Shown here one piece after another: positions 61,523 to 64,000 of a stretch of 64,000 nucleotides of DNA. The stretch's first letter is position 1. Every line of letters begins with the position of its first letter. Origin of the DNA: an uncultured Actinomycetes bacterium (lineage in GTDB: Bacteria > Actinomycetota > UBA4738 > HRBIN12); NCBI GenBank assembly GCA_963825635.1, contig CAWGTU010000004.1, positions 67,362 to 131,361 on the forward strand, in the 5' to 3' direction. Position numbers and translations under genes: made by a program. The notes beneath the pieces were generated by a model. The model ran no database searches. It worked only from the letters and a program-made list of their open reading frames with translations, and was not told where the DNA came from.

Positions 61523-62433
61523 GCGACCGACCGACGCCGGAGCCATCGTCCGATCTCGAACGGGGCAGGCTCGACCGCCTGCGCCGCTCGGTGCACGAGG
61601 GCTCGGCGAGGCTGACCGCTGCTCGTGTCGATCACCCACTGATCGATGCGGCCTTCCAAGTGGTCAGCCGCGATCGCCTGCTGGCGGGCGGTCTCCTCGC
61701 GAGCGCGGTCGCCTTCCGCGTGTTCCTCTGGATCGTGCCGCTCGCGGTGGTCTTCGTGTCGGTGTTCGGTTTCTACTCCGCAGCAGACCCGTCCGAGGCC
61801 GCGGACCTCGCCGACGACCTCGGCGTGACCGCGTTCATCACGGGCTCGGTGAGCCAGGCCCTCGAGGCGTCTGGTCGTGGTCGGTGGCTTGCCTTGACGA
61901 TCGGTCTGGTCGCGCTGGTGTGGGCATCTCGGTCGCTCTCCGTCTCACTCCGCGCCGTGCACGCTCTCGCGTGGGAGATCCGCCCGGTCCCACCGATCAC
62001 ATGGACAGCCCGCGCCGTCATCGCCGTCTCGGGACTGATGGCCGGCATCGCGTTCGTGTTCCCGATGGTCAGCTGGCTCCGGGATCGATCGCTCGGCTTC
62101 GGCCTGATCGGCATGGCCGCGAGCATCGTCGTGATCGGCGCGATCTGGACCCTGACCTCGTCGATGCTCCCCCGCCCCGCCGACGTGCCGGTGCGAGCGC
62201 TCGTGCCCGGTGCGTTGCTCGTCGGCACCGTGGTCGAGCTGTTGCATCTTGTGAGCGTCCTCTACCTGCCTGGCCGCTTCGACCGGGCATCCTCCACGTA
62301 TGGGTCCCTGGGGGTCGCCGTCGTCGCCCTGGCGTGGCTGTACTTCTCGGGCAGAGCCGTCGTCGCGGGGGCCGTCCTGAACGTGACCCTGTGGGACCGC
62401 ACGCACGCGCGTAACGGAACGCCGCCCGACTGA
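61519..62433 (+). CDS. YihY/BrkB family membrane protein
   Basis: GTG at 61519 overlaps the upstream stop (GTGA). Contains LLAGGLLASAVAFRVFLWIVPL ... YGSLGVAVVALAWLYFSGRAVVAGAVLN, typical of YihY. Confidence 0.75.
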   Translation: MSDRPTPEPSSDLERGRLDRLRRSVHEGSARLTAARVDHPLIDAAFQVVSRDRLLAGGLLASAVAFRVFLWIVPLAVVFVSVFGFYSAADPSEAADLADDLGVTAFITGSVSQALEASGRGRWLALTIGLVALVWASRSLSVSLRAVHALAWEIRPVPPITWTARAVIAVSGLMAGIAFVFPMVSWLRDRSLGFGLIGMAASIVVIGAIWTLTSSMLPRPADVPVRALVPGALLVGTVVELLHLVSVLYLPGRFDRASSTYGSLGVAVVALAWLYFSGRAVVAGAVLNVTLWDRTHARNGTPPD

Positions 62434-62478
62434 GACGATGGTGATGCCTATCTCAACCAGCGCGAGGAGGTCCTGACC

Positions 62479-62997
62479 ATGCACGAGATCGCGACGTTCG
62501 GAGCCGGATGCTTCTGGGGCGTCGAGTGGGTGTTCCGGCAGGTGCCCGGCGTGATCGAGGCGGTCTCCGGCTACGCCGGCGGGTTCGTCGAGGACCCCGA
62601 CTACCGCCTCGTCTGCACCGGCACCACCGGCCACGCCGAGGTCGTCCAGGTCGAGTTCGACCCGGCGATCATCGGCTACGAGCAGTTGCTCGAGGTCTTC
62701 TGGGCGATGCACGACCCGACCCAGGTGAACCGACAGGGCCCCGACGTGGGCTCCCAGTACCGCAGCGTGATCCTCACCCACTCGCCCGAGCAGCGAGCGG
62801 CGGCCGAGGCGTCCCGTGACCGGGCGCAGGCGTCCTTCGATCGGCCGATCGCGACCGAGATCGTCGAAGCCGGCCCGTTCTACGCCGCGGAGGACTACCA
62901 CCAGCGCTACTACGAGCAGACCGGGCACGAGCCCTACTGCCACGTGCTCCCGACGGGGGTGCTCGAGCGCCTCGGGCTCATCGGCTCCCAGGCCTGA
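62479..62997 (+). CDS. msrA: Peptide-methionine (S)-S-oxide reductase
   Basis: [12 protein letters not shown]...[12 protein letters not shown]...[11 protein letters not shown]. An RBS (GAGGAGG) lies upstream. Confidence 0.95.
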   Translation: MHEIATFGAGCFWGVEWVFRQVPGVIEAVSGYAGGFVEDPDYRLVCTGTTGHAEVVQVEFDPAIIGYEQLLEVFWAMHDPTQVNRQGPDVGSQYRSVILTHSPEQRAAAEASRDRAQASFDRPIATEIVEAGPFYAAEDYHQRYYEQTGHEPYCHVLPTGVLERLGLIGSQA

Positions 62998-63037
62998 GAT
63001 CGCTTCGACGAGGTCGGCCCGGCCCGCCGGCCCCGCG

Positions 63038-63496
63038 TCAGAGCGGCTCGCGGTACCCGACGATCTTGTGGGAGCCGTCGCAGAGGGGTTGGCACCGTGA
63101 CGCGCCGCACCGGCAGAGCGAGACTCGCTCGCCGGCGTCGACGACCACACCGGACGTCGCGTCACGGATCGGCACACCGCCCGCCAGCCGGACCGGACCG
63201 TTCGGCTTCAGCGCGATCTCCGGCCGCCTGCCGTCGGGGAGCTCCCAGGCGAACGGCTTCGGCAGCGCGCCGGTGGGTGTGTCCTCGTCGAAGCAGCCGT
63301 AAGGCACCTCGCGGTCGCAGAACGGCAGACCCGACGACCCGCCGCACCGGCAGAGGGCATACTCCGCGCCGGTGTCGAGCGGCGATGAGAGGGCCCAGCC
63401 GCCGTCGCGACGTTCGAGCCGCGCGAGCGGCACCCCCTCCACGATGAGCGGACCGCCTGGCACGACACGGACGTTCGGCGCCGGTCGATCGCTCAT
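63038..63496 (-). CDS. CDGSH iron-sulfur domain protein (two CDGSH-type motifs)
   Basis: CRCGGSSGLPFCD and CRCGASRCQPLCDGSHK. ATG at 63496 overlaps the upstream stop (ATGA). Confidence 0.8.
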   Translation of the reverse strand: MSDRPAPNVRVVPGGPLIVEGVPLARLERRDGGWALSSPLDTGAEYALCRCGGSSGLPFCDREVPYGCFDEDTPTGALPKPFAWELPDGRRPEIALKPNGPVRLAGGVPIRDATSGVVVDAGERVSLCRCGASRCQPLCDGSHKIVGYREPL

Positions 63497-64000
63497 CCGT
63501 CGCGGAACCCGGCGTGCACGTGGGAGCCGTCGCAGAACGGCTTGGTCTCGGAATGTCCGCATCGACAGAGGGTCACCCGGTTGCGGACCTCGTAGGTCTC
63601 CCCGTCTGCGCTCGTCACGGGGATGCCGCCACGGACCCAGTAGGGACCGTCGCGGACGACCCCGATGCTCACCGGAAGCGCCGGCTCGAGCTGCTCACCG
63701 TCGGTGTCCGGACGCATCTCGAGCGCGCCCGACGGACAGAGCCGCACCATCTGCATCAGTCGCTCCCGAACGGCGGGGTCCTCGGCCTGCCGGGCCAGCC
63801 GGCGCCAGTTCGTGAACCGGTCGCCGCAGTAGCCCGCGTGCTCGCACGTCGCGAGGTCGAAGCTGATGGTTCCGTCGCCGGCCGGGAACTCGTAACGCCG
63901 TTCGGCGATCGTCGATCGATCGAACGTCTCGGTCCCGTCGAAGTCGGCGGTCTCGTGGCTCCCATCGCAGAACGGCTTGTCGTTCGAGCGACCGCAGCGA
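63493..64000 (-). CDS. CDGSH iron-sulfur / divergent 4Fe-4S mono-cluster domain protein, partial; 5' end off the window
   Basis: The frame stays open to the window edge: ..CGRSNDKPFCDGSHE...CEHAGYCGDRFTNW...VRLCPSGALEM...CRCGHSETKPFCDGSH. The track lists only the last 87 aa. Confidence 0.75.
   Translation of the reverse strand, partial: RCGRSNDKPFCDGSHETADFDGTETFDRSTIAERRYEFPAGDGTISFDLATCEHAGYCGDRFTNWRRLARQAEDPAVRERLMQMVRLCPSGALEMRPDTDGEQLEPALPVSIGVVRDGPYWVRGGIPVTSADGETYEVRNRVTLCRCGHSETKPFCDGSHVHAGFRDG

Overview
GC-rich, Actinobacteria-like chromosomal segment, densely coding and mostly core metabolism. Many long Arg/Pro/Gly-rich ORFs in the track are antisense artefacts of high GC content and are not reported.

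Recognisable content:
- Aspartate pathway: ask and asd, here separated by two unknown genes.
- recR and dnaX, with a large Bacillus-type SRP RNA upstream of dnaX.
- leuCD with a divergent IclR regulator.
- A contiguous hemA-hemC-hemD-hemB-hemL block.
- pncB, tadA, bcp and msrA.
- A CPA2 antiporter with a TrkA-C partner.
- An ABC-2 exporter operon with its TetR regulator and operators.
- SulP and MFS transporters.
- An ECF sigma factor with a DUF4349 anti-sigma protein.
- Four intact tRNAs: Ser-GGA, Ser-CGA, Arg-ACG and Ser-GCU.

Best candidate for something unusual (41997-46602): an intact tRNA-Ser(GCU) and a degenerate direct copy of its 3' part bracket about 4.5 kb. That segment holds a 1139-aa Zn-ribbon / class III nucleotide cyclase / P-loop STAND-like / TPR protein, a truncated and frameshifted pfkB kinase remnant, and clusters of short repeats. 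No integrase is present, so it looks like a decayed integrative islet.

Other notable points:
- Two adjacent unknown genes share a duplicated ~85-nt leader plus their first 7 codons.
- A 17-bp palindromic intergenic region carries overlapping divergent -10 boxes for two apparently leaderless genes.
- dnaX has a frameshifted 3' end.
- TANNNT -10 boxes are widespread 6-9 nt upstream of start codons and of mature tRNA and SRP RNA 5' ends.
- Two CrtI-like oxidoreductases lie in tandem.
- A fatty acyl reductase is fused to a HAD domain.

No CRISPR array, transposase or integrase was seen.
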